Source: Klebsormidium nitens (taxonomy: Eukaryota; Plantae; Klebsormidiophyceae). Taken from it: 64,000 nucleotides of DNA. Below the pieces are notes generated by a model. The model searched no databases and had not been told where the DNA came from. It saw nothing but the letters and a program-made list of their open reading frames with translations. The translations under genes were made by a program, and so were the position numbers. The stretch is taken from the NCBI GenBank assembly GCA_000708835.1, contig DF236973.1, positions 302,436 to 366,435 on the forward strand, given 5' to 3'. Positions 11,168-23,490 of the stretch are shown here, one piece after another (the stretch's first letter is position 1; each line of letters begins with the position of its first letter).

Positions 11168-14100
11168 TTACGTCCTTTTCGTACTGCAATCAAAGTCGTA
11201 GTCTATACTTGTGTCAGAGTACTTTGACGCAAAGGTGGAGGGCACGCCGCTGGCTAGAAGGAACCCAAGCACTGCTAGCGCGAGAAACTCGTTATAGACG
11301 GACGCTCGCCGGCTCGCTAGGCTGCGGACGCTCCACAGGTTGGCCGGACCCTCAACTCGTACCTGGGTCGTGAAGAAAAGACAGGTTAGTTGGACATGTT
11401 GGCTGGCTTTTTTTCCGACGTGTATCGTGGGAGATGCCGACAGAACGGCCGATCGCTTTTGCTGGGAGCAGGGACGCTCGGAGTTAGTCGTCGCTTCCAA
11501 GAGCTGCATCGGGGCTAGAAGGCGTTCGCGCACGAGGAGCCAGATTCAGGATCAGTCTTTCAGCAAGGTCCCCTCCCTTCTGGCTTCGCAAGAGTGGTGT
11601 GGACTGAAGGGTCAGAAATGTTGTATTTTGAGACAGACAAAGTTACGGACGATCGCCCCAGGAGCACAAATTCTGAGCGCTTCGAAGTGCGAAGCGATTG
11701 CGGATTCTGCTGCTTGTGATGCGTACGAGAGTAAGGAACGAATCCAAACTGAAGAGACTCTGGCGTACTTTGAAACCTTCGATCTTTGTCCTGAAGACGA
11801 TTTCTTTCCGAGGGACTTTGGTGAGGGACTTTTGTGAGATTCTGCCGGTGCTGTTAAAGTGAACGGGCATGAGCTGGACCATAGCGCAAAACACCACTGA
11901 TTTTTCTAATTAGTGTCAACGATAGATCATTATCTCTCCAGGCTTGAAACACTCAAACTTTAAGCGGATGAAAGCTCAACCCCTTTCCGCAACGAGTCTC
12001 CATCGAGAAGCGGCGTAGAGCACGTAAAATCAAGCAGAGACTTGACGGATCGAAATGACTTCAAGGAGCATCAAAGGAAACGGCGAAGAGAATATCGGCA
12101 CCCGCCTCGACGGAGCGGCGGGAACTTGTGACTTTTGAAAAAGCATGCCGGAACACGGACCTAAAGAGCACCTTTGACCAGCTGAAATGAATCAAAGCCA
12201 GCCCCGCGGCCGGACATACGAATTAGGGGGCCTTCTGAGGGGGACACGTGGCGCACCTGTATCCGTCGACTCCCGTCTCCAAGCTGGTCGACATCTGAGA
12301 CGGTCGCTTTCAGGGCGTACCCAGCCTTCACGAATATTGACAAAATTTGCTTCACGCCGTTCACAACCTGCAACACAGGACAAGCAGTTCGGATCGGAGG
12401 CATGAGCAGGCCTTCGATTAAGTACAACCTTAGACGTGAGCGTCTAGATTACGTCTCAAACTCCAGCGATGCGACCCGAGACGTTGGGATCTCTGAAATA
12501 AAAATCAGTTTCCAGCTCATAGCTTTGTTGGCAAGGACGTCACAATGAAGCCCGGGACGTGTATTACTGAGCTACTTTGCGAATACGGTCTGCCGGCAGT
12601 CTTTCAACAGAGTCGAAAAACGAGAGTTCAATCGGACGCGAAAGCGGGTCTGGTGCTGAAAGGGCATAAGAAGCGCATAGCAAATGCTTGAAAGGCGACC
12701 TTTCAAAAGATGCACCAGACTCTCTTTACTCACAAACCGTCTTCCTATCCCTTGGGAACATTTTTGCCTCTCCTACTTCGTTCTCCTAGGTCCTCGTCTG
12801 AAACTTTCCCAGGGGCCTCGTATCAGCAACGTCGAAAGCAAAGCGGCTCACATACGGTAGTCGGATGGTGCGCCCGCTTTGCTATGACACGGAGCCTCCG
12901 GACTGCCACAAAACCCGCCACCGAAGCCGCAAACTTAACTTTCTAAGCTTGCCTTCGCATGTTTCTCTCCTTCTTTCCATCTGGCTCTCTTGTCCGCTGA
13001 TTAAGATTCCAGATACCCGCGTTTGCAAGGCCTTGTATCAAAAGTAACCCGACACACACAGTCGGATGGTGTGGCAGCCTCGCACGGCACGGGGCTTCTG
13101 TAGTCGACTTCCTCAAAGTTCTCCACCCATCTATTATCTCAACTTGTTCCCGCATCTTCCTCTCGTCTTTCTTTCTCTCCTTCAGATTTAACGGTCAAAG
13201 TCCAGATCAAGCATTTGCAAGGCCTCCTTCAGCAATCATCGAAAAAAACACGACTCACGCAGTCGGCTGGCGCGCCCGCCTCGCATGGCACAGGGCCTCC
13301 GAACTGGACCTCCTCGAAACCCTCCACCAGACCGGTGTAGATCTTCTTCGCAACGCTCTCTTTGAACGCTGATGGCAGGCTCGCGTTATCGCGTAACTCG
13401 GGGTTGCGGCGCACGGTCTTTACAAGGCCCCCCGCGCCCAGCTTCTCCTGCAACAACGAGTGGGTAAAGGTTTTGTATATCTCGTTTATAGTAAACTTAA
13501 TCCGGTAAGCAACAAGTCCTCGACCGGACGAAAGGCCTGAATAGAAGATATACGCGCTCCGCACCCGAACCCGCCCAAACCCCGAGTAACCGCGCCCGTC
13601 TCAATATAGTCTTCTTATTGTTCACTGTATCGAGCAGAAAGACAGCTTCGGTGTCGCGGCTGTAAGGACGTCAAATTCAAAGGACTGGGGCGTCGTCTCT
13701 GCGTATCTCGGAACCATGATATCCGGTGGGTAATCTAGACGATATTAACAGTCTGGGCGCTGCCAACGAAAGTGCTTTGGAGCGCGGTTCCCAACCTACT
13801 GCCCTTAGGTGAAATGATTGTCGACAATCATGAAGAGATGTTATGACGTTTCCGGCTCCATCCATTCTGAGGGTGACAATCTGGAAGCGCTCCGCTAGTG
13901 CCACATCGTGCGGTTCGAAGGGCCACTGTATTCCAGGTGCTATGTTAAGAATCCGACCTCCCACGAATTCAGTCCAAAAAGGTGCCGAGTGAAGAGGCCC
14001 GCGGATGACATATGTGACCAACAAATGCCTGTTCCAGACCAGCATCAGATTTAGGACCGAGTTTGGGTTCTGAAACTAATCTCGGACTCAAGAGTACAGT

Positions 14101-16589
14101 GGCGTCGCCTTACCTGGAAGACTTGCTGGCCCTCCCTCATCTCATTTGAGATCGCCGCGTACTGACTGAAAGAGATGAAGTCGAAGTAGAGCTGCAGCAT
14201 TCGGAGATACCACAACCTTGTCAGCGCAAAACAATCATCAGCATTTTAAAAATCCCCTTCGGTTCCTGGACCATCTGCTTTTCTCCTCGTTTTCTTTCTT
14301 CTGTTCGCGAAACCAATCTTCCAAATTTTCCTTTTGTTGGGGTTTCTTGGAAGGCGTATGAACAGCAAAAACAGGTGAACCCAGTTTCTCACGACATGCA
14401 AAGTCGATACGCCAGGAGTGGAGTGCCTAACGACGAGATTGCTTATACTTTCTCTGAACAAAGGGGCCGAGTAAAAGCGGTCCTGACCCAAAAAAGCTCA
14501 CCTAGACTTTAACACCTTTGAGTGTTCGCCTTCAAAGATCTCAGGACCGTTTCTGAGGTTCTAAAAGTTACATCCAAAAATTGAGTACTTTAAGCGTCCG
14601 AAAAATGGCCTAGAAGATTGGTTTGGAGTGGCCGAAGACAGAGCAGTCGTGAAGCAGTGTCGTTTCGACGAAGCTGCCAGATAAAGATCAGGGCGATTCC
14701 TAAAGCACGGAGATGGGCGAAGGCGGCCTGCCATTCGAGGCCGGAAAAGTATAGACTCCCTTCCATTCGGCTTAGTAAAAGTTCGTCCGCCGTAACTAGT
14801 AGGAGCGGTAACTAGTAGGAGCAAAGAACCTAGCTGACAGCTGACGTCCCCAGCTCAGTCGCACGCGGAATACTATACCTTATCCGAAGCCTTTGCAGTC
14901 ACAGGCAATGCCAGCCGGACCAAGAGGGAAAAGCGAAGAACAGAGTCCAACTTCAGATGCGAGAGGCGGACATCACCAAGCCTTGCTTGCACGAAACCCG
15001 CTCCGAAAGTACTGCCAGTGTTGATACCTTACCGGGTCACTGAGGTCTCCGTACTTTGCCTTCAGAGGGCTGTACTGCAGCGCATACGGCTCCAGCTCGC
15101 TTTGCCGCAATTTCCAAAACTGCAAAGACAAGGGAAATCATCGGGAGGCCAGAACTTTGAGGGGTTTTCCCTTGCAATTTCATTCAATGAACCAGCAATC
15201 CCTAGAACGCCAATTCTCGAACACGGATCGGAAGCATATCAAGTCCCGACATTGAAGTCGTTCACTTTTCCGCGCTGCCAAAAATTGACTGTTTGTATGG
15301 ACGTTTAGATAAAAGACAGCAGGTTTAGAGGTCTTGTTTGAAAGCAGGAATCTCATATGTCTAAAAGAAGGTAATCAGAAACCAGCAAGAAGGCGCACTA
15401 AGTCACCGATTTTTGACCAGAGAAAGTCAAATATACAACTCCTGGTTGCAAAAGACGGCCAGGTCTGTCAAGCAACATCAACCACTTGAGTTCAACAGCA
15501 ACCAAAAGAAGAGCAGGCAGGAAAACAAAGGGGTCGATTCCTCCGCATTTTTTATTCACAAACGAGTCCACCTCTTCAGCTTGCAATCTTCTGAGCTGAA
15601 TCCACCACCGGTTTGATCAAGGACCAGTCCCGCTACGAAGTCCTCATAGATCTGTGAGGGGCATCTCAGTTGTCCCCCTTTCATAGCAAGATTGGACCGC
15701 CATCAATCGCCGCAAAGGGGTCATTGATTACAACGACTATAACTGGTTTCTGGGGTGTGTACCTGGAACCAGCTGACTTCCAACTCAATCTGCGCGTCTC
15801 GCTTGAGAGTAGACACAAAACACCCACCTTAACCTGAAACCTGTCCATCGGTACAAAATCTAGTTCGTCCACTGCTTCATAAGACGACCGCATCAGCAGG
15901 ACCGCAAACTTAAGGTCCAGTCTTTTGCGCTGGAACTTGACGGGGTCAGGGGCGAGGGGGGGAAGAAACGTGGAGGCCCTGTCGGCCCAGCCGCGGGGGG
16001 AGTCTGACCAGTCGAAATCGAGGATCGCCCTGGTTGACAGGGCCTTTTCAGATTTTGCGCTCTTTCTGAATCCGATGGAATGGTGGTGCAGCTTATGTCT
16101 ATCTGTGAACTCGGATCTTTGCGGTCCAGTGAATCTGCATCTCTGCAGTCGCTTTGATGAGGGGCTTGGGAAAGAATCCACAGTTTGTTGGTGGCAGAGA
16201 AAAGCGCGCACAGTGCAAGAGTTTATCCCTATTGCCCCTGGCCGAGCTGCGTCAGATCTAAGCGCCGCTGCCGGGACGCATGCCCCCCGGCGGTGAGTGC
16301 AATGTCTTTGGGGAAAATCTGCATTGTGGCCGCTTGCTCTGGCTCTTGCATCTAGTTTGACATTACTCAGATCAATTGCAGCATTGCCCGCTTCTGTCCT
16401 TGCAGGAAGCCAACCTACCCTGCCGCCAATGTGGGGAGCTAGCACACTGTTCATTGCATTCAGTCGGGCGGTGGTATCTCCAGCGGCTTGGCCGCGCCAC
16501 TGCCCCTGAATCGTATCATTGATGTGCCTGTGACTTGGAGTTTGCACGAAAGCTGACGTTTTAGAGCAAGGTAGCGCTGCACTTGACAT
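11168..16589 (-). CDS. Protein of unknown function, probably plastid-targeted, ~473 aa; complement(join(11168..11362,12257..12367,13259..13447,14114..14191,15033..15119,15828..16589))
   Basis: Six exons, all phase 0, with GT-AG borders. They give a continuous protein ...RLDLKFAVLLMRSSYEAVDELDFVPMDRFQVK|FWKLRQSELEPYALQYSPLKAKYGDLSDP|LYFDFISFSQYAAISNE...|...GFEEVQFGGP...|VVNGVKQILSIFVKAGY...|VRVEGPANLW... The long Ser/Ala/Arg-rich N-terminus resembles a transit peptide. I recall similar motifs in algal hypothetical proteins but cannot name the family. The start codon is uncertain. Confidence 0.8.
12840..13320 (-). repeat. ~205-bp tandem echoes of the exon 4 / intron 4 donor junction of the 11168-16589 gene
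   Basis: On the + strand, ACGACTCACGCAGTCGGCTGGCGCGCCCGCCTCGCATGGCACAGGGCCTCCGAACTGGACCTCC (13250-13315) recurs as CACACACAGTCGGATGGTGTGGCAGCCTCGCACGGCACGGGGCTTCTGTAG (~13050-13105) and GTAGTCGGATGGTGCGCCCGCTTTGCTATGACACGGAGCCTCCGGACTG (~12857-12905). The adjacent intron sequence (TTTGCAAGGCCT) is repeated too. Confidence 0.8.
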
Positions 16590-17475
16590 TCTTAGTAACG
16601 CGCGGAAAGTAATTACAACTGTACCTTGCAGGGTATCAGCTCCAGACGAATCAAGCGGCAATACTTGCAATCACTGAATGCATCTTACAGGGCTGTCGAT
16701 CAGTGCTGCATTTCAGCTTATCGGAACAATCTACAGATTCGCCTTGCTGCCCTCACAAGGACCTTCACAATCGCCTGATGCCAATGCCAATCCGAATCGC
16801 CTGTATCCTGGATGGCCAGCTAGCGCCAGCGTCCTAGCGCCAGCACATGGCTGTAAATCTAGGGTGGCGGCAATATACTGTAGCTGGAAAAGCGCAGCTG
16901 CCGCCCTGCGCGGCCGCGTCGCGGTAATGCTTTAAGATATTTCCTGGGGCACCATTCCCGTGCACTTTGTCTAAGCTTTTTGAACTTTGAGCAATCCTGC
17001 TGGTTACTTTCCTTGAGAGGTCCAAAATGTATATCCTTTTTTGCCCGGAAGAAAGTGCTTCCCCTCCACGTTCGCAGCCGTCAGATGGCTTTTCCGCGAG
17101 TTATCTGACGGTGCTCATGAATCTAAAGAATATCAGAAGAATCCGCGGATGGTGGACTCGGAGAGGAATGGCGGTCGGTTTCAGCAACAAACAGCAATTG
17201 CTGTTTGCTGGTAGCAACTTCTTCCCTTCTTTGAAGTTTGAATTTTCCCCTTCCCTTCGTCAAGGAATCTGCTGCCAGTGCTGGAGTTAAGAATTGCCTT
17301 GTCGACTTTGAATGCCGGAGACGAAGGATGGGAAGGAAGAAATGTGGGAGCAGAGCCTGCAATCACGTGGTTTGAAGTCCTACCTATGGTGAAGAGAAAG
17401 CAACAGCTTTGATCCAATTGGCAATTGCCTCGACCGCCCTTTGCACTGGAAACCACAGATAGGTCTCTTGCCAGC

Positions 17476-20400
17476 ATGACGTCAGCAAAAGCGCTGGCGG
17501 GCTCCTCAGCCATGCCGTGCGCTCAATGCGGCTTTGGGCCGTCCCAGTCTTTCAGGGCCGAGCCCTCTCCACCGTCAACTGCCGGCCCATATAGAAATCA
17601 TCTTGCCTCGCCCTCCTCCTTTTCTAATCATACAAAATTCAAAAATAGAAAAGCGCCCAAATGGCCGGCTGGTTTTGGCAAGATGAAAGGGGCCCGGCGG
17701 GCCGTGTCAATGGAGTACGGGGGAAACATGATCAGACCGGAATTGACGGGGGAGCGGGAGATTGTGTCGGGCCAGCAAATGCTGCAGCAGCTCCGGAAGC
17801 AGTTGCTTGAAGCCATCAACATGGAGGTGAGGGTTTGGAAGGCAAAATGCACTGAGCTGCTTTTACTTGGACATACAAGGCTTGTCTCAACGTCCGAGAA
17901 AGCAGACTGTTAGGGCAGAGGCACAGTCCGAAGCCTGCCTCAGGGTGGCCATGAGGTCGCTCTCTGACTGCCTTATCTGCAGCTGGTTTGACTGCGCGGA
18001 TCGGGAATCTTTTCTTGGACTTTCTGAGCGGAATTCCTTTGACGTCCTTGGTTCCTCAAGTTAGGCTGCAGTGTAAGCTGGCTGGTAAACGAGTTTGTGT
18101 AAACGTGTGTGAAGAGTTTTGGTAATGGTGGCCTTGCAATAAGCTCGTGCTCCCTCTACGGCAGTCTAGGCAAGAATCCAGACTCTGTTTACTCAAGTTA
18201 GACGCCAGAATAGAACAAACAAAAAATAAATAGTTGAGCTGGCTGCACATTGGGCACTTCTTTCCAGAACCTCACGGTATTGTGAAGCATTACTTTCTTG
18301 GCAGTCAGGTTGACAAGCCGTTCAGATCAAACCAAAGTATTCATTTGCAGGTTTCAGCTTCTGTGAGGAATGTCTTCATACTGTCAACTCAACCAGGGAC
18401 TTTTGAACAGTGGAAGCTTCCGTTCAGCAACTCGTAATACCAATGCACTGATTGCAAGAATCCACAGTGAACTCCTGCTTTTAGAGTAATTATAGGTCTT
18501 TCTTAATATGGGCAGTGTTGGAAACACATCTGAGGTACAGCTATCTACCAAACAACAGCCTGTCCTCAAAGATGTCTCACAACATCGATTTGCACCGTGC
18601 ATAAGCTAGCAGACTCAGGTCAGGATAGTCTTTTACAAAACATCATGGGTTCTTAAAAACAGGTTCACTGTACTTCTCATTGTCAAAGTCGAGCTGGCGC
18701 AGTTTGCTAAAGCCAGATACAACCCGAGAGCAAGCCCTGAAATGAATTAAAACCTTGGAAGCTCAAAATGGTTGCAGAAAGTTAATCGTTCAAGCTGATC
18801 ATTTTCGTCGCCTGTGTTTCTGACAACAGGATTACATCGAGGCAGCGCGGGTTCGTGACTTCATCAGCATCGTCGTCTCCCAGGACCCGGTGCTGAGCAC
18901 ACGCGAGGCGCTTGAGCGGGCAATCTCTGAGGAGCGGTACGACGTGAGTGCATCACACACTCTCATAGGATCAGAAACCACCAATGTGGGATGCTTTGGT
19001 TTTTGCTAAAAGGCTTCTCTGATTTATGCACTTGTACTGTTCCACGGTGAGTATCTTTCAAAGCGTCACGCGGATTATGTGGTATCCTCCACTTGCGCAT
19101 GCTGTTAGAAGTCCTATGTTGATGCAGCCTTTGCAAAGCTCAGAAACATCATGGGAAACAGAAGCTGTAGTTGACGTTTACAAAATGGAAGATTTTCTTG
19201 GGGTACGGTTCGGGCTGCTCTACCGTGACTTGGAAAAATCAGAACACTCGACCGATCTCCAAAGCTGTACCACCAAACGTGCTCTTAAGTACGGCATTCC
19301 ACAAGTACGGCATGTGGATTTTTTCAATCAGTGCCAAAGTTTCACCAACGCCCCATGTGTTGATATCAGGATGCGGCCAAGCTGCGCGACGAGTTGAAAG
19401 ACCTGACCCCGGTCGAGGAGGAGACTGCAAGCTTTCTGGGCGATCTGGGGAACTCCAGTGATACACTCACACAGGTGAGCAATTGTCACTTCGGTTCTTG
19501 ATGTGATAGTGTGCGTCGTTTTGGCTTGGCTTTTAAATAAGCTTCTGGAGATCGGTGATTGTGGGCTGGGATGATGTGCACATTCCAATCAATTGGATTC
19601 GCTGCTCTTCGCTCTTTTCGGTCAGCCTTGGATACTGCAAATGATGCTTGTTAACAATCTGCAAAGTATCTCTAAAGTGAACGAGAGTTTGCGCCATTCA
19701 AGCAAAGTATTGATCTTTTCCTGCATTTTGTCAATTCAATCATCTAGCCAAATTGCATTAGCTGGCACAGTGTACGATCACCAAAGTGCTGCCACTTGGA
19801 GCACAACATCAAGGTCGAGTTTGACACCGAGCAGAAGTGATCTGGTATCCATTCACCTACTTGTTGCCCTTTGGCAGAACATGTCACGGTAAACAGCTAA
19901 GTACACTGTAATCGAACAGCCCGTTTGCTGTCTGCTGGCACGTCACAGAGAACTATCCTTCACAGTGTTTCAATGAAAAGTGAATAATACTGTCTCCGTT
20001 GCAATGCTTTGCAGAACATCCGCGTGCGCGTGAAGAGTGGTTACGTGGTGGAGCGCAGCGACCCTCTGAAGCAGCAGTACTTCTTTGCGTACCGCATCCG
20101 CATCACCAACGAGGGCCCGCGCACCGTCCAGCTCCTGCACCGCCACTGGGTCATCACCGACGCCACCGGCCGTACCGAGGAGGTCCGGTGAGGATCATGG
20201 TTTCTCTTTGCTTTTTATTAATATTTTCTAGATTTATTTGCAATAATTGCTACGTCTGACACCGTAAAGGCGTGGACGTTGCTTTCGTATGCTTTGCTTT
20301 GGTTGCTTCACGATTAGATTTACCAGAGCCACCGGCCGCACCGAGGAGGTCCGGTGAGGATCCATAACCCACATCCTGGTTGGTTTTCTCCTTATTTCTC

Positions 20401-21726
20401 GTTTAATCATTTTACCTCCTCCTTTTTTCAAATTGACTATCCATGGTCCGCACCGAGGAGGTCGGGTGAGGACACTGAGTCTCATTCACTTTATGTTGGA
20501 ACCTTTCAATGCTACCAGCCGCATCGAGGAGTTACAGTGATGGCTGTATTTACGCCAATTGTTGCACCAGGATTGCCACTGAAGGAGAGAGGGAGTCTCT
20601 CTTTCATTCACTTTCTCGCTCCACATACATGCCGGTCGTTTGCACGGAGTTCCGACCAAGAAGCGTGCCAGGGAATTGCAAAGTGCAACCTGAGTGAACA
20701 GATTCCACGATTACTTCGAGGCTGCTGAGGACCCCCAATATGTTATGTTTTTGATATTCAAATGTCCTCCCTGCCTCGGCCAAGACAAAATGCCCCGCAA
20801 GCGCTACAGAAGAGCAGTCAAGAAAGCTGCTCTTCTGATGGCTCTCGCCCCTTGCGTAATCGGAGGACCCCCGTATTCTGCTTAGGACGCTCATTGAGCC
20901 GCATAAGATGTCAGGCGGGTTTCATAGCTTATATTCGATTGCGGTGCCAATGGAGAGCTCTGAGTAAAAGACCCGGTAACACAGCCTCCTCGATTGAGCT
21001 TACTGCGACCCACTAATCCAACCTTGCCACCCACCAAACGCTTCACAAGCCAAACCCTGCCACTAACCAAGCCCTGCCACTCACCAACTCTTGCCAGTAA
21101 CCAGATCCTGCCACAAAACAAACCCTGCCACTAACCAGACCGATAACTTTTGCAGGGGTCCTGGAGTGATTGGCGAGCAGCCTGTCCTGAGGGCCGGGCA
21201 CGAGTTTGAGTACACTTCTGCTTGCCCTCTTAGAACGCCAGCGGGCAAGATGGTGAGAAACAGCGTCACAGCGTTACGGTATTTGCTCTTCGCCTCAGTC
21301 GTGGTTTCTGGAGGCTACCGCCGCTGTCTTTCCTCCGCTGGAATGGTGCTGGAACATGCTGCTCTGCCTTAGGATCTTCGGGGCGCCAGCCTAAAGTCCG
21401 CTGAACCCTGCTCTTATTGAAGTTAACACATTTTGTGTCATGATTGTTCTCTGAAGCTTTTGGCTCAGGGGCTGACTCAATCATACCCCAGATGATACTT
21501 CACTCTCAGTCGTCTAGCCACGTTGTTCCCGATCAAGAGGCGCTCCAAAGATCCTTGAGACTCCTTACTCGGCTTCTCTCTTACGGTCGCTTCTTTTGTT
21601 GTGTAGGAGGGCGAGTATCAAATGATCCACGTGGACTCGGACGACCCGGCTCCCTTTGCAGTCAAGATCGGTCCGTTTGCTCTGCGGGCGGAGGAGGATG
21701 AGGAAAGCGCGGCGGGGTTCCAATAG
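17476..21726 (+). CDS. ApaG: Putative chloroplast UvrB/C (UVR) repeat + ApaG/DUF525 domain protein, ~319 aa; join(17476..17826,18830..18943,19370..19474,20015..20187,21156..21252,21607..21726)
   Basis: Exons join in frame (960 nt). There are two UVR coiled-coil motifs ([12 protein letters not shown]|[10 protein letters not shown]; [11 protein letters not shown]|DAAKLRDEL) and the ApaG signature [13 protein letters not shown]...[12 protein letters not shown]...EEVR|[11 protein letters not shown]...[16 protein letters not shown]|EGEYQM. The N-terminus is transit-peptide-like. Confidence 0.9.
20160..20545 (+). repeat. Tandem echoes of the ApaG exon 4 donor junction
   Basis: The functional CCGAGGAGGTCCG|GTGAGGA (donor 20188) recurs as GCACCGAGGAGGTCCG GTGAGGA (20354), GCACCGAGGAGGTCGG GTGAGGA (20466) and a decayed GCATCGAGGAGTTACAGTGATG (~20520). 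Confidence 0.85.
21009..21138 (+). repeat. ~17-18-bp tandem repeat carrying branch-point-like CTAAC just upstream of the ApaG exon 5 acceptor
   Basis: About 7 copies of CCCTGCCACTAACCAA/G (e.g. 21055, 21072, 21089, 21107, 21123), ending 17 nt before the AG at 21154-21155. Confidence 0.8.
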
Positions 21727-23490
21727 CGGCGGGCTCTGGCTGATCTCGAGTCTAAGGAGATAGAGTCAGCTACAGAGTTTATAGATATTGTTGAGTGTTG
21801 AGTGAGCGGGCTAACTTAGTCACCTTAATCCCGACACGGTTTCTTGACTGGAGGCTGTACACTGAGAAAGCAGCCTGCCGTCGGGAGTGCATTTGTGTGC
21901 GCTATTGTTGGATAACCTAGCTAAGTCTAGGCGTGGAGTCAATCCTCGCAGGTTCGCCAACCTCAAACGAAGATAAGAGCAGGCGGACTTCCTGTGACCA
22001 GCACTACAGGTCAGCCAACTGTCGACACCCACTGGATTAAGCTTGCACGTTAAGGACTTTGTTGCAAGCATGTGGGCTTTGCCTTCCACCCACTAGAAGG
22101 GGTGGGGAGAAGTCTGTATTTTTAGGTTGGACAAAGCTGGGGGTACATAGCGTTCGACTCCTTCTGGCCGGAAGTACCTGGTTCCTCTTGACCGGTGGGG
22201 CTGCGGCCAACTTTCAAATGTAGTTATAAACCTTTTAGTGATTACTAGCTAGCAGTTCGACATGTGCCTAGTTGGGTGCCCACGTGGTCTCGAGCAAAAG
22301 CTCACACTCTGATGATAAGCAGTCAGATTTGTGCTTGCCGGTCAAGTTGTCAACGTTGAGCAGGGCTTTGATAAAGTTGGGGTCGAGTCAACAGTGTGAT
22401 TGAGCCCACTGAATGAAACAGCACTCTCGTGTATCTTGTCAATCCCCTGTAGTTAAACGAGACAGCTACAGTTTACATGCAGTGTGCTCTGCGCGCTTAA
22501 GTACTAATACTTAAACCCACTTCGTATAGCGGCTCCAAGGTCGATATGCAACTGATCCGCGGGAAGAAGCATATATTTTGTTCAGCATCATTGTATGCCA
22601 GCATGCGCATAGGCAGCCATGAGGTGCATGCATCTAGGATTCTAGTGTCGGATCAGCATACGGCCCTGTAGTATATTCTTTAAGTTGTGCACCATCTTGT
22701 CAACTATGGACGATCGACAGCGCTACATCCCATGCAACTAAATGATAGCCCGTGTATCATAGCTGGGTATTAGTGATGTGTCCAACGGTCACCCGCAAAC
22801 AAGCCACGTGCAGCTTATGGGCGAGATCGTGACGACTTGACAGTTTGGAAGATGACACAGGAACTTAATAGCGCAAAACATGTCATGTGCAACATCGTAA
22901 TTGCACAGATGTGAGCCGCGCATGCTGGCCGGCTAGGTGCACTTGCTGGCGCCATGCAAGGCAGCTGCTCCAGAGCGATGCCGGCTGTTCATTGCTGATG
23001 TGGATTCGGTGATGTCTGTCAGGTTGCTGGATATCTCTGATGGGTGACTGCTAGTGCATCTTGCTACTTTCAGATTTTGCAAAACCAGCCATTACGAAGA
23101 CAGTCCAACAATCAAGAGCATCGTCGACCACGTCCAGGTCGTGGAGTCCTAAAATAACAGGTCGAGAAACACCAACTTACGAATTGAGGATGCTTACCCT
23201 TGCTTCGCAAACATGCAGTATACTCTGATTTGTAAGGTACCAGGTTTGCATGCAGTCCTGGCAGTCCCGGTTTCAGGAGCCGGGAACTGTAGTACCAATC
23301 ATCTTGTGCTGGACCTGCAAGTGTATTCAACTAGCTACACACAACCTTGAACTTCTAGCAAAAAGCTACCCCAGAAACAGCATAACTCTACCAAGCACTT
23401 CGTCGCGTACTCATGCTCGATCAAAAGAGTGCCCTTGCCTAACATTTACGAACCAGATGTACACAAAGAGGACGGGTGGATCATAGAAGA

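Noticed and set aside
13677-14045. 122-aa ORF inside an intron of the 11168-16589 gene
   Set aside because: No motif, and the host gene splices cleanly around it.
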